From Candidatus Doudnabacteria bacterium RIFCSPHIGHO2_12_FULL_48_16 (GTDB lineage: Bacteria > Patescibacteriota > Doudnabacteria > UBA920 > O2-02-FULL-48-8): a stretch of DNA of 64,000 bases. A program made the position numbers and the translations under genes. The notes beneath the pieces were generated by a model that searched no databases, was not told where the DNA came from, and saw nothing but the letters and a program-made list of their open reading frames with translations. Each line of letters begins with the position of its first letter. The stretch's first letter is position 1. The stretch covers positions 331,146 through 395,145 of the forward strand of contig MFEY01000007.1 in assembly GCA_001780035.1 (NCBI GenBank). Reading direction: 5' to 3'. Of this stretch, positions 26,363-35,670 are shown piece by piece.

Positions 26363-28846
26363 TTATATCAATGCGGTGGAGGCAACTTTGTCGCCGGCAT
26401 CCAGAGTCATAATTTTGACGCCCTGGGTGGCGCGGCCGAGGGTGGAGATCTTACCCACCGGCGTGCGCAGCGCCTGGCCGAGTTTGGACAGCACCACCAG
26501 GTCATGCTCTTCGGATTTGTCGATCACATGCAGGCTGACAATTTTGCCGGTCTTAGGGGTGACTTTCAGCGTCTTGATGCCGGAGCCGCCGCGGTGTTGT
26601 TTTTTGTAGAATTTCAAGTCGGTTTTTTTGCCCAGGCCGTTTTCCGTCACAATCAGCAGCTGGATGTTGTCGAGGCTTTCTTTCTTGCTGACTAGGTCCA
26701 TGCTGATCACGACGTCGTCCTTTTTAAGGCGCATGCCTTTGACCCCGGAGGCGGTGCGGCCCATGGGCCGGGCATCTTTTTCGTCGAAGCGGATGGCCTG
26801 GCCGTTGGCCGTGGTGAAAATCACGTCATCTGTGCCGGCGGAAGATTTGACCCAGCGCAGCTCGTCGCCGGGTTTGATTTTGATGGCAATCAGGCCGCTG
26901 CGGCGGACTTTGACGAACTCCTCAATTGGCGTTTTTTTGATCAAGCCTTTTTTCGTGGCCAGGACCAGGAATTTGGCCGCGGTTTTTTTGGAAATCGTCA
27001 GTACGGCCGAGACCAGCTCGTCGCTGGGCAGATCGAGGAAATTGACCAAAGCCTGGCCGCGCGCGGTGCGCGAGGCTTCTGGCAGCTCATATACTTTGGT
27101 GGCAAAAACTCGGCCCTTGGTTGTAAAGAACAGGATGTCGTCGTGGGTGTTGGTGGTCTTGAGCCATTCAACCACGTCCTCTTCTTTGGTCGCCATGCCG
27201 ATCACGCCCTTGCCGCCGCGGCCCTGGGATTTGTAAGTATCCGTCGGCAGGCGCTTGACATAGCCGGATTTAGTGATAATCACAATCGCCTGCTCTTCCG
27301 GAATCAGGTCTTCCGCCTTGAATTCGCCGATCGGCTGTTTGACCAAGACGGTCTTGCGCGGGTTGCCATATTTGTCCTTCAGTTCCAGCAGTTCGGTTTT
27401 GACCACGCCGCGGATCTTTTTCTCGCTTTTGAGCAGCGTTTCCAGCTCTTCGATCAGCTTCATTTTTTCTTTCAGTTCGTCATCAACTTTTTTGCGCTCC
27501 AGACCCGCTAACGCGCGCAGCTGCATTTGTAAAATTGCCGTCGCCTGTTTGTCCGACAGCTTGAATTTGCTCATCAGGCTGGCGTGGGCCTCTTCGGTCG
27601 TGTCGGATTTGCGGATGGTGGCAATGACGGCGTCGATATGGTCGAGGGCTTTTTTCAACCCCTCCAGAATATGCGCCCGGTCTTTGGCCTTGTTCAGATC
27701 GAACACGGTCCGGCGCGTAATAATCTGGATCCGATGTTTAATGTAATATTCCAAAGTGTTCTTCAGATTCAAAACCTGGGGCTCAATGCCATCCACCAGG
27801 GCCAGCATGTTGACGTGGAATGTTTCCTGCAGCTGGGAGAATTTAAACAGTTGGTTGAGAATTTTGTTCGGCAGGGCTTCTTTTTTCATTTCGACCACGA
27901 TCCGGACGCCGTCCTTGTCGGATTCGTCGCGCAGGTCCCGGATACCTTCGATTTTTTTGTCCTTGACCAGTTCGGCGAATTTTTCCAGCAGCGTGGCTTT
28001 GTTGACCTGGTAAGGAATTTCAGTAATTAAAATTTTGTGCATCCCCTTTTCTTCCACGATTTCGGTTTTGGCCCGCATGACGATCGGCCCCTTGCCCGTG
28101 GCATAGACTTGCTTGATCGTATTCCAGTCATAGATAAAGCCGCCGGTTGGGAAATCCGGGCCCTTTACAAATTCCAGCAATTCTTCGGTGGTGGTCGCCG
28201 GCTCTTCGATCAGTTTGACGGTGGCATCCACGATTTCACCTAAATTGTGCGGCGGGATATTGGTGGCCATGCCGACCGCGATCCCCAGGGTGCCGTTAAG
28301 CAGCAAGTTTGGGGCTTTGGCCGGCAGCACGCGCGGCTCCTGCCTGGTAGCGTCATAGTTTTCCATCCAGTCCACGGTGTCTTTGTCGAGGTCGGAGAGC
28401 ATCTCTTCGGCCAGGGCCATCATCCGCGCTTCGGTGTAACGCATGGCTGCGGGCGCGTCGCCATCCATGGAGCCGAAGTTGCCTTGGCCGTCGATCAGCG
28501 GATAGCGCATGGCAAACTCTTGGGCGAGGCGCACCAAAGAATCATATACGGCCACGTCGCCGTGCGGATGGTATTTGGCCAGCACTTCGCCAACAACTGC
28601 CGCGGATTTGCGGAATTTGGCGTTGTTGCGCAGGCCTAGCTCGTTCATGGCATAGAGAATCCGCCGGTGCACCGGCTTTAACCCATCCCGGACATCGGGC
28701 AGGGCGCGGGAAACGATCACGCTCATCGCGTAATCGAGATAAGATTCTTCCATTTCGCGTTCGATAGAGCGCGAGTTGACAGAGCCGATATTGGTGTTGG
28801 CCGCGGTTTTAATTTCGGACATTGGGGGATTGGTTAAGTTTGTCAA
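26363..28846 (-). CDS. gyrA: DNA gyrase subunit A
   Basis: 827 aa; AAMRYTE active-site region, C-terminal beta-pinwheel repeats; start could be M9 at 28822. Confidence 0.96.
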   Translation of the reverse strand: MTNLTNPPMSEIKTAANTNIGSVNSRSIEREMEESYLDYAMSVIVSRALPDVRDGLKPVHRRILYAMNELGLRNNAKFRKSAAVVGEVLAKYHPHGDVAVYDSLVRLAQEFAMRYPLIDGQGNFGSMDGDAPAAMRYTEARMMALAEEMLSDLDKDTVDWMENYDATRQEPRVLPAKAPNLLLNGTLGIAVGMATNIPPHNLGEIVDATVKLIEEPATTTEELLEFVKGPDFPTGGFIYDWNTIKQVYATGKGPIVMRAKTEIVEEKGMHKILITEIPYQVNKATLLEKFAELVKDKKIEGIRDLRDESDKDGVRIVVEMKKEALPNKILNQLFKFSQLQETFHVNMLALVDGIEPQVLNLKNTLEYYIKHRIQIITRRTVFDLNKAKDRAHILEGLKKALDHIDAVIATIRKSDTTEEAHASLMSKFKLSDKQATAILQMQLRALAGLERKKVDDELKEKMKLIEELETLLKSEKKIRGVVKTELLELKDKYGNPRKTVLVKQPIGEFKAEDLIPEEQAIVIITKSGYVKRLPTDTYKSQGRGGKGVIGMATKEEDVVEWLKTTNTHDDILFFTTKGRVFATKVYELPEASRTARGQALVNFLDLPSDELVSAVLTISKKTAAKFLVLATKKGLIKKTPIEEFVKVRRSGLIAIKIKPGDELRWVKSSAGTDDVIFTTANGQAIRFDEKDARPMGRTASGVKGMRLKKDDVVISMDLVSKKESLDNIQLLIVTENGLGKKTDLKFYKKQHRGGSGIKTLKVTPKTGKIVSLHVIDKSEEHDLVVLSKLGQALRTPVGKISTLGRATQGVKIMTLDAGDKVASTALI

Positions 28847-29357
28847 AATCCAAATCTAATTCCTGCCTGAAAATTTTATCAGGATTTTTTTCCAAAAATA
28901 GATTGTCAAAACTGAGCACCCCGGTTTTGTCGTTGGTGGCTTTGAAATTCATGATCCCGAAAATCTGGGTGTGGGACAGGACTTTTTGGGCCAGAGGCTG
29001 GCCTTGCCGGTCCAGCAAGCTGCCGGGATGCAGGCTGCCTTCGTCAACCGTCAAAGAGATGTCATCTGTTTTGGAAACGTTCAGGATATCATTGGTCTCA
29101 TTTTTGAGGGTAAAGTAGATTTTTAAGCTGCCCGCGATGCGCTCGACCCGCTCCACTCCCAAAAACTGATTGGTCAGTTCGCTGCTCGCCGGCTCCTGGG
29201 GCGGTGCGCTTTGGCCGTCGCTGTTTTTAATCGTTGATTTGAGGTTTACTGTCCAGATGATGAGCAGGCCTATGGCGATGACCACGGTGGTTATCCAGAG
29301 AATTTTAACCCGGGTCTCGTATGGTTGGTTTTGGAGGCGTTCAAGCAAGCGGCGCAT
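28809..29357 (-). CDS. hypothetical membrane-anchored protein
   Basis: 182 aa; single N-terminal TM ([17 protein letters not shown]) then soluble domain. Confidence 0.5.
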   Translation of the reverse strand: MRRLLERLQNQPYETRVKILWITTVVIAIGLLIIWTVNLKSTIKNSDGQSAPPQEPASSELTNQFLGVERVERIAGSLKIYFTLKNETNDILNVSKTDDISLTVDEGSLHPGSLLDRQGQPLAQKVLSHTQIFGIMNFKATNDKTGVLSFDNLFLEKNPDKIFRQELDLDFDKLNQSPNVRN

Positions 29358-29360
29358 AAT

Positions 29361-29990
29361 TTACCTTTGCGGAGTTAGGACGACCAGGGATGTCGCCTCG
29401 CCGACCAAATCTTTTTTCTTAAGGCTGAGCTTTTCCTCTTCGGTGTGTTTGCCGCCCATTTCCTGTAAAAACTTATCCAGCTTATCCAGGTTAAGAGCCA
29501 GGCCGGAGGTTTTGTAGCTATGCGGCACGATAATGAAGGGTTCCAGCTGCGTGGCGATTTTGGCGCCGACCTCAAAGTCCAAAATTTGCCGGCCGCCGAC
29601 CGGCACCAAGGCGATGTCGGATCCTTCCAGCACTTCCTTCTGTTCATCGGTTAGCTGCGCTTGTTTGATTGGGCCCAAAAAAGCAATCCGGATCCCTTCT
29701 AGCTCAATGCTGTAAATCGTGGTGGCGCCCAGCTCCTTGTTTTCGGCGCCCGTTCCGATGATAAAGGCTTCTTTGATGTCGTATTCGCCTGGGCCCGTGA
29801 TTATAAACGGCGCGCCAGAGATGGACGAAAAATTATTGCACCAATCCAAGGCGGGATTGGAACAAACAACGACGTCAGCGCCGCCCCGCACCGCGGTTAA
29901 TCCGCTGCTGGAGCCAAACGGGTCGGTAATGATGGTGATGTCTTTGCCGGTAATTTTAAAGCTGCTGAGTCCGAACCAGGAAATAGTCAT
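29361..29990 (-). CDS. metal-dependent hydrolase (MBL fold, UPF0173-like)
   Basis: 209 aa; ISWFGLSSFKITGKDITIITDPF start typical of UPF0173 hydrolases. Confidence 0.65.
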   Translation of the reverse strand: MTISWFGLSSFKITGKDITIITDPFGSSSGLTAVRGGADVVVCSNPALDWCNNFSSISGAPFIITGPGEYDIKEAFIIGTGAENKELGATTIYSIELEGIRIAFLGPIKQAQLTDEQKEVLEGSDIALVPVGGRQILDFEVGAKIATQLEPFIIVPHSYKTSGLALNLDKLDKFLQEMGGKHTEEEKLSLKKKDLVGEATSLVVLTPQR

Positions 29991-30156
29991 TTGGGGATAA
30001 GATTATGAAATTCTGCCTTTGTATTTTAGCAAATTTCGGGCAATTTTGGAAGTCCAGCAGCCCTTGATTTTTCTGCCCCAAAAGCGTATAATTCTCACAG
30101 TTATAGAAGGGGTTTGGATCATCGCAGCGTCGAATGGCCAGACCCAAATTTAAGCA

Positions 30157-31278
30157 ATGAGCAACACAGCAACCATGGACGCCAAAACCATGCAAGAGCT
30201 TTTGGCAGCCGACGGCGGGGAAATCAAAGTCCCCAAAGCCGGCGATGTGATTGAAGGCACGGTTTTAACCGTCGCCAAGAATGAAGTTTATGTCGACATC
30301 GAAGGCATCGGCCTGGGTGTGGTGCGGGGCCGCGAACTTTATGACGAATCCGTGCGTCTCGGGCAACTGAAAGCCGGCGATACGGTTTTGGCCCAGGTCC
30401 TTGAGCCGGAAAACAAGGACGGCAACATCGAATTGTCGTTCCGGGCCGCCGGCCAGGAACGCGTTTGGCAAACTCTGGCCGAACGGCTCAAAGCCAAGGA
30501 AATTATCCAGACCAAAATCATCGAAGCCAATAAGGGCGGGCTCATGGTCGAACTCAACGGCGTGGTTGGATTTTTACCGGTGTCGCAGTTAGCGACTGAG
30601 CATTATCCACGCGTGGAAGAGGGTGACAAAAACAAGATTTTGGAAATTCTCAAAAGCTATGTCGGCCAAACTTTTGACGTACAGATCATTACCGCCGATC
30701 CCCAGGAAGAAAAATTGATCGTCTCCGAAAAAGCTGTCGGCGAGGGCGCCCTCCGCGAAAAGATGGGCAAGCTGCATATCGGTGACGTGGTCGAAGGTGA
30801 AGTTTCTGGCATTGTTGACTTTGGTATCTTCATGAAATTTGGCGAAGGCCTGGAAGGTCTGGTCCATATTTCAGAATTGGCCTGGTCGCGGATTGAACAC
30901 CCCAAAGACCTCTATAAGGTCAGCCAAAAAGTCCAGGCCCAGATTATTTCGATTGACCGGGACCGCATTTCGCTGTCAATCAAGCGCTTGCTGGCTGACC
31001 CGTGGCTCGAATCAATCAAGAAATACCAGGTTGGGCAGATCGTGACCGGCAAAATCACAAAAGTCACGCCTTACGGCGCTTTTGTGGAACTGGATCCGGA
31101 AATTTCCGGGTTGGTACACTCCGTGGAATTATCAGCCGAAGAAGGCAAAGAGCCCGGCGAAATTGTCGCCGTGGGTGATGAGAAACAATTCAAAATCATT
31201 TCCATCGATCCAGCCGATCACCGCTTGGGATTATCTCTTCGAGCCGTGATCGCATCAGCTCCAGCCGAAGCCAAATAA
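30157..31278 (+). CDS. rpsA: 30S ribosomal protein S1 (four S1 domains)
   Basis: 373 aa with repeated S1 motifs (G..V.G.V....GAFV/GIFM, GLVHISE). Confidence 0.85.
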   Translation: MSNTATMDAKTMQELLAADGGEIKVPKAGDVIEGTVLTVAKNEVYVDIEGIGLGVVRGRELYDESVRLGQLKAGDTVLAQVLEPENKDGNIELSFRAAGQERVWQTLAERLKAKEIIQTKIIEANKGGLMVELNGVVGFLPVSQLATEHYPRVEEGDKNKILEILKSYVGQTFDVQIITADPQEEKLIVSEKAVGEGALREKMGKLHIGDVVEGEVSGIVDFGIFMKFGEGLEGLVHISELAWSRIEHPKDLYKVSQKVQAQIISIDRDRISLSIKRLLADPWLESIKKYQVGQIVTGKITKVTPYGAFVELDPEISGLVHSVELSAEEGKEPGEIVAVGDEKQFKIISIDPADHRLGLSLRAVIASAPAEAK

Positions 31279-31293
31279 TTCTCAATAAAAAAA

Positions 31294-31320
31294 CTCTCCC
31301 GGTATGCCGGGAGAGTTTTT
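31294..31320. terminator. bidirectional intrinsic terminator
   Basis: CTCTCCCGG-TATG-CCGGGAGAG flanked by an A-run and a T-run. Confidence 0.8.
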
Positions 31321-31322
31321 TG

Positions 31323-32006
31323 TTATTCAATGCTACTTTCGATGGCGACCAGATCGTTGTAAACGGATTTGTTATTGTTAACCCAATGATCACCCGGCGG
31401 TTGCTTGTAGAGCCCATTCATGCGTTCAAAACTCATTTGGGAATATTTGACCGTAGACCGCAGTGGATATTTGTTTAAGAACCGATTCATGGCGATGACG
31501 CCTTCGCCCAAGTTGTCGCCCATGTCCCAGAGGTCTGAGCCCCCCACCCCCCAGCAATTGGCTTTGTCCAAAGGGTAGCGCCGACAGAGCGTGCTTTCGG
31601 CATTGGCCAGAGCGGTGATTTTTTTCCAGTTGCGCAGGCTGACCAAAGTCGAAGCATAAGGCGCGAGTGGCGAGCGCTGGGAGGCCAGGTAAGCGCCGAC
31701 TGCCGTAGCGAGCTTCTGCTGCCGGATCGCCTGCTGCACCGCCTGCCGCTGATAATACTCGTCGGTTAAGTCTTGGTTTAGCTGGGAGAGGTAATCTTCA
31801 TAGTCGGAAATCCCGGATTCAAAAACCAGGGCCGGACCCAATTCGGGCGCTAGCAACGGCGGCTGGGCATAAGTGACATGCGGCACCAGCGTTGCCAAAA
31901 GCCCCAGCAAAAAGAGGGTAAGTGAAAACTTATGGCGCAGGGCCAGTGTGTTAAAGCTGGCTTTCAGCGGATAATTTTTTATTTTACGAACAATGTCTAT
32001 GTCCAT
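31323..32006 (-). CDS. hypothetical secreted protein
   Basis: 227 aa; N-terminal TM/signal (FSLTLFLLGLLATLVPHVTYA). Confidence 0.5.
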   Translation of the reverse strand: MDIDIVRKIKNYPLKASFNTLALRHKFSLTLFLLGLLATLVPHVTYAQPPLLAPELGPALVFESGISDYEDYLSQLNQDLTDEYYQRQAVQQAIRQQKLATAVGAYLASQRSPLAPYASTLVSLRNWKKITALANAESTLCRRYPLDKANCWGVGGSDLWDMGDNLGEGVIAMNRFLNKYPLRSTVKYSQMSFERMNGLYKQPPGDHWVNNNKSVYNDLVAIESSIE

Positions 32007-32169
32007 TTAGGATTTGTGGGGGTAATCTCAGCAGAACCGTATCAAATTTAAACTGTCGGGTCAATGCTAACATGTGGATTGTCTGTGCAGAATAAGATAT
32101 AATATTTGGAGTTTGCGGTTCAATATGGGATGGCGTCATGGCCGAGCGGTTAGGCAGAGGTTAAGTCTG

Positions 32170-32304
32170 CCCCGACGCTTCGGCCGGGGTTCCGACCCAA
32201 AATTTTGGACTTGGTCTGGTGGCCGAGCGGTTAGGCAGAGGTCTGCAAAACCTCGTACACCGGTTCAACTCCGGTCCAGACCTCCAAAATTTTGGCGTCG
32301 GAAC
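32170..32304 (+). repeat. two-hairpin TTCCGAC/GTCGGAA module (copy 2) carrying a tRNA as cargo
   Basis: UUCG-capped hairpin 32170-32189; stem TTCCGAC 32190-96 / GTCGGAA 32297-303; 12-nt palindrome CCAAAATTTTGG at 32197-208 and 32284-95 flanks the inner tRNA. Confidence 0.75.
32213..32286 (+). tRNA. tRNA-Cys (GCA), intact, CCA encoded
   Basis: hand fold: GGTCTGG/CCAGACC acceptor, GAGGT-CTGCAAA-ACCTC anticodon arm, ACCGG-TTCAACT-CCGGT T arm, U73, CCA. Confidence 0.88.
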
Positions 32305-32416
32305 AAAACCTCGTACACCGGTTCAACTCCGGTTGACGCCTCCAGAATAATAAAATGTAGGTAAACGTAGGAGGATAGAGATTGTCTTTGTCTTTACCAT
32401 CAGATATACTTTTGTT

Positions 32417-32899
32417 ATGAGTAAAGACAGAAAAAAGAAGTGGACAGGAGACCAGTTAAAGAAAGCGGCACAGGAATCCTTTAGTATACGACAGGTAATC
32501 TTTAAGCTGGGTTTAATTCCTGCTGGAGGCAATTATGTTCAAATTCAAAATTATTTAAGGTCGCTTCATATTGATACATCTCATTTTAAAGGGAAGAGTT
32601 GGAATAAAGGGCTAACGGGATTAGTGCGAGCGAGTATGCCCATAGAGCAGATTCTTGTTAAAGAAAGTTATTATCAGAGTTATAAACTAAAAAAGCGTTT
32701 GTTTTCCCTCGGATTGAAGGCCAGGAAATGCGAAGAATGCGGTTGGGCAAAAACTACACCAGAAGGTCGGCTGCCACTAGAGCTAGATCATATTAATGGT
32801 AACCGTAACGACAATAGGTTAGAGAACCTAAGAGTTCTTTGTCCCAACTGCCATAGCTTGCAACCAACTCATAGAGCTAGGAACAAGAAGAAAAAATAG
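32417..32899 (+). CDS. HNH endonuclease (free-standing, homing-type)
   Basis: 160 aa; CEECGW...LELDHINGNRNDNRLENLRVLCPNCHS HNH/zinc motif. Confidence 0.85.
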   Translation: MSKDRKKKWTGDQLKKAAQESFSIRQVIFKLGLIPAGGNYVQIQNYLRSLHIDTSHFKGKSWNKGLTGLVRASMPIEQILVKESYYQSYKLKKRLFSLGLKARKCEECGWAKTTPEGRLPLELDHINGNRNDNRLENLRVLCPNCHSLQPTHRARNKKKK

Positions 32900-32907
32900 T
32901 TTTATTT

Positions 32908-32993
32908 GCCCGGGTGGTGGAATGGTATACACGCAGCACTTAAAATGCTGTGGGCGTAAGCTCTTGAGAGTTCGAATCTCTCCCCGGGCACCA
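32908..32993 (+). tRNA. tRNA-Leu (TAA)
   Basis: hand fold: GCCCGGG/CCCGGGC acceptor, CAGCA-CTTAAAA-TGCTG, long variable arm, GAGAG-TTCGAAT-CTCTC, A73 CCA. Confidence 0.88.
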
Positions 32994-33071
32994 GAAAGGA
33001 AAAGTCAAAGAGTTTTGGGGGAAGAAATTTTTTTAATCACAAAGTCGAAAAAATAATTTACGAATAACCAT

Positions 33072-33695
33072 ATGAATCAAAAAGGATTTGCAAATATAGT
33101 TTTGATAGTAGTAATTATTGCCATTGTCGCTGTTGGTGGATATTTTGTTTTTTCCAAAAAATCAAATCAATTTAGTAAAAGTCCGATACCTACCTCGACT
33201 CAAAATTTCGGTCCAATCGCAGATTGGGAAACATACACCTTGCCGACTACGGACGAATTTTTAAGTCCAGCCCCAGCACTTGGTTTTAGTTTTCGCTACC
33301 CTAGTATTTTTCGGGCTCCAATACTTAGTTTTAATCGGGTTACGCCAGGGGATTCGCCGCGTCGTCAGATTAATATTTCTACGGGTAGCGGGTCATTTCT
33401 AGTAGATATTACCGTTAACGCTCGTAGTTACGGTGGAACAATAGTTCCTGAGTTAAAAAATACTTCGTCAGGTACTGTTGTATCCGGAGATAATCGTACA
33501 CTTACTTACCAGACTGGCCGATTCACTCCTCTAGGAGGTCCTGTGAGGATGTGGTATGTTGGCACTAGAGTTAATGAGGACGCTTACTTCATGATTAACG
33601 GAGATGTCTATTCCATTAGATTCTCGGCCAATGACGATAGTGATCAAACACAACTTGTCCGCCAGATCCTCTCTACAATCAAATTTACGAATTAG
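33072..33695 (+). CDS. hypothetical membrane-anchored/secreted protein
   Basis: 207 aa; N-terminal MNQKGFANIVLIVVIIAIVAVGGYFVF anchor. Confidence 0.5.
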   Translation: MNQKGFANIVLIVVIIAIVAVGGYFVFSKKSNQFSKSPIPTSTQNFGPIADWETYTLPTTDEFLSPAPALGFSFRYPSIFRAPILSFNRVTPGDSPRRQINISTGSGSFLVDITVNARSYGGTIVPELKNTSSGTVVSGDNRTLTYQTGRFTPLGGPVRMWYVGTRVNEDAYFMINGDVYSIRFSANDDSDQTQLVRQILSTIKFTN

Positions 33696-33786
33696 TTTTC
33701 AAAGAATTTGCCGCTAAAGAAAAACTTGCCTGTCCGCCGAAACTTTAGTGCAGGCGAAAAATTGTCAGCGGTGCGGCTCCGCCGCC

Positions 33787-33844
33787 TTTCCGAATTTTCG
33801 CGGGGTGAATTCCCCGCCGCCGCAGGCGGCGAAATGCGTTCGGA
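33787..33844. repeat. compact three-way-junction palindromic element (TTCCGAA/TTCGGAC arms)
   Basis: TCCGAA/TTCGGA and TTTCG/CGAAA outer stem enclosing CGGGG-TGAATT-CCCCG and CCGCC-GCA-GGCGG hairpins with no unpaired junction nucleotides. Confidence 0.6.
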
Positions 33845-33992
33845 CTAATTCAAGAATACTGCACCATAATTTATAGAAGAGTTATTGGAAATAAATAAGC
33901 GGGTAAAACCGCTTATTTTTCAATATGAGCCCTGTAACATTTAACCTGCTTGGGGCATTATATTACTGTGATCACATTATTAACTTCACGAT

Positions 33993-34511
33993 ATGAACTC
34001 GGCGGATGAGCGGTTGTTAGTGGTTAAAGCACAAGGAGGCGACCGCGAAGCCATAGGGCAGCTTTGGGATCTTTTGACCCCCAAGCTTTACGGATATTTG
34101 TTAAACACCCTACGCCACCGTCCCCTCGCTGAAGATATTTTACAGTCGACCTGGCTAAAAGCGATCGAGGCACTCCCCAAATTTCAGCAGAAACATATCC
34201 GTGTCGGCTCTTGGCTGTTTGCGATTGCCCGGAATGAATGCCGGCAACATTGGCGTAAATCAAACCGAGAGGTTGGGTTGAATGCGTCCCTAAACGAATT
34301 GCCAAGCAATACCTATATCGATTCAGAGAATCAAATTTTAGTTGAACAAATGCTGGCCCCTTTATCTGAAGATGATCGGGAATTGATTCGTCTTCGATAC
34401 ATTGCCGATTTGCCCTTGAATGAAATAGCCAAAATTTTGAATCTTAATTTTGTGGCCGTCCGAGTCCGCCTCCACCGAGCTCTCACTCGGGCCAAAAGTA
34501 GCCTTAACTAA
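33993..34511 (+). CDS. ECF-type RNA polymerase sigma-70 family factor
   Basis: 172 aa; region 2 (DILQSTWLKAIE) and region 4 (LPLNEIAKILNLNFVAVRVRLHRA). Confidence 0.88.
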   Translation: MNSADERLLVVKAQGGDREAIGQLWDLLTPKLYGYLLNTLRHRPLAEDILQSTWLKAIEALPKFQQKHIRVGSWLFAIARNECRQHWRKSNREVGLNASLNELPSNTYIDSENQILVEQMLAPLSEDDRELIRLRYIADLPLNEIAKILNLNFVAVRVRLHRALTRAKSSLN

Positions 34512-34516
34512 TACGT

Positions 34517-35632
34517 ATGAATAACCAGCACGATATAGAAGATGTTTTAACTTCCTGGGGTAAAAATTCCCGGCAGGAGCCGGTCAATAATCAGATTTTA
34601 AAATCTGAAATTTTATCGAAAGAATTTGCGACCGCGAAAAAGATTGCTCCGACCAGGGCTTGGCCATTGTGGTTTTCTCTGAGCCTTACTGGTGTTGCCG
34701 TAATTCTATTTTTCGTTAATTTGTTTCCTACGGTTAATTTTTCCTCTCCTAAATTATGGGCACCGTCCGAGAGCAGTCCTACTGCCGGTGTGAGCGCTCC
34801 CCAAAATAGCATCATTGCTCCAGATTATTATCCCAGAGATGTCACGCCTGTTTCCGACAACCGCGAGTTCTTGAAAAAAGATTACAATGCCACTCTTCGC
34901 TCCCGTGACGTTTCAGAATTAGTAGATCGAATTCAAATTACGGTCCGTGGGTTCAATGGCCGCGTAGATGGTTCGAGTGGCTCTGTCAAAAATGGATATG
35001 TTAGCTTTGTAATACCGGCGAGTTCATTGGAGACTTTCCGAGCTCAGATTAAGACATTGGTTCCTGGCAAATTTTATGCAGAGCAAATTTATACGCAAAA
35101 TCTTCTGCCCCAAAAACAATCAATCGAACAAAGCCGAACGGAAGCCGAAAAAACTCTGGCCCAGCTTCAGGCCAGCCGCCAACAGTTAATCACTGCGCAT
35201 TCGTCAGCTGTTAATTCCCTGCAGCAGCGGCTGAATGCTGTGGCCAAAGAACAGACGGCTCTACAGTCGGAAGTAACGTTTGACCCAGCCCGGCAAGCTC
35301 AAATCAACGCTCGCCTGGACCAGCTGGCCAAGCAGAAAATAAGCCTGCAGAGTCAGCTGGTCAGCGAAAACAATTCATACAGCCAGAAACTTGGCTCTTG
35401 GGACAGCCAAATCTCCTATACTCAGACTAACCTGGAAAACATTCAGAAACAGGATCAGAGCCTGGTGGATAATGTTGCCACAGTTCAAGGCTACATTGCC
35501 ATCAATTGGATTAGTCTTTGGGAAGCGGCAGACCTATACATGTCTGGACCGTTAGTCGCTTGGTTATTTTTAGCTGCTGCGCTTGCCGTGTATTTATGGC
35601 AGCGTCGAACGCCAGAAATTTTACTGCCGTAA
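34517..35632 (+). CDS. DUF4349-like membrane protein (possible anti-sigma partner)
   Basis: 371 aa; TM near residue 50, coiled-coil middle, C-terminal TM; 5 nt after the sigma gene. Confidence 0.55.
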   Translation: MNNQHDIEDVLTSWGKNSRQEPVNNQILKSEILSKEFATAKKIAPTRAWPLWFSLSLTGVAVILFFVNLFPTVNFSSPKLWAPSESSPTAGVSAPQNSIIAPDYYPRDVTPVSDNREFLKKDYNATLRSRDVSELVDRIQITVRGFNGRVDGSSGSVKNGYVSFVIPASSLETFRAQIKTLVPGKFYAEQIYTQNLLPQKQSIEQSRTEAEKTLAQLQASRQQLITAHSSAVNSLQQRLNAVAKEQTALQSEVTFDPARQAQINARLDQLAKQKISLQSQLVSENNSYSQKLGSWDSQISYTQTNLENIQKQDQSLVDNVATVQGYIAINWISLWEAADLYMSGPLVAWLFLAAALAVYLWQRRTPEILLP

Positions 35633-35670
35633 GAATTTTAAAAGCCCCCGATATTCGGGGGCTTTATTTT

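Larger units (their letters stand above)
32132..32344 (+). pseudogene. interrupted tRNA-Cys-like gene (outer gene; split in the anticodon loop)
   Basis: 5' part GGCGTCA-TG-GCCGAGCGGTTAGGC-A-GAGGT (+TAAGT) CTGC at 32132-32170; 3' part AAA-ACCTC-GTAC-ACCGGTTCAACTCCGGT-TGACGCC-T-CCA at 32305-32344; acceptor strands complementary; 134-nt insert between C35 and A36. Confidence 0.7.

Noticed and set aside
26376-28639. Many 70-200-aa ORFs antisense to or nested within gyrA; similarly within the PBP gene, dnaA, infB and ftsK
   Set aside because: They lie entirely inside well-supported long genes, have compositionally biased products, and have no independent start signals.
32162-32304. Group I (or group II) self-splicing intron in the outer tRNA-Cys
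   Set aside because: The insert is only 134 nt, and 74 nt of it is a tRNA. I see no P3-P7-type core, guanosine-binding site or internal guide pairing. The smallest group I introns I know of are about 200 nt. I also could not draw a canonical bulge-helix-bulge motif at the junctions.
32074-32364. 96-aa plus-strand ORF spanning the tRNA-Cys locus
   Set aside because: It is read straight through tRNA sequence. The region is fully explained by the nested tRNA structure.
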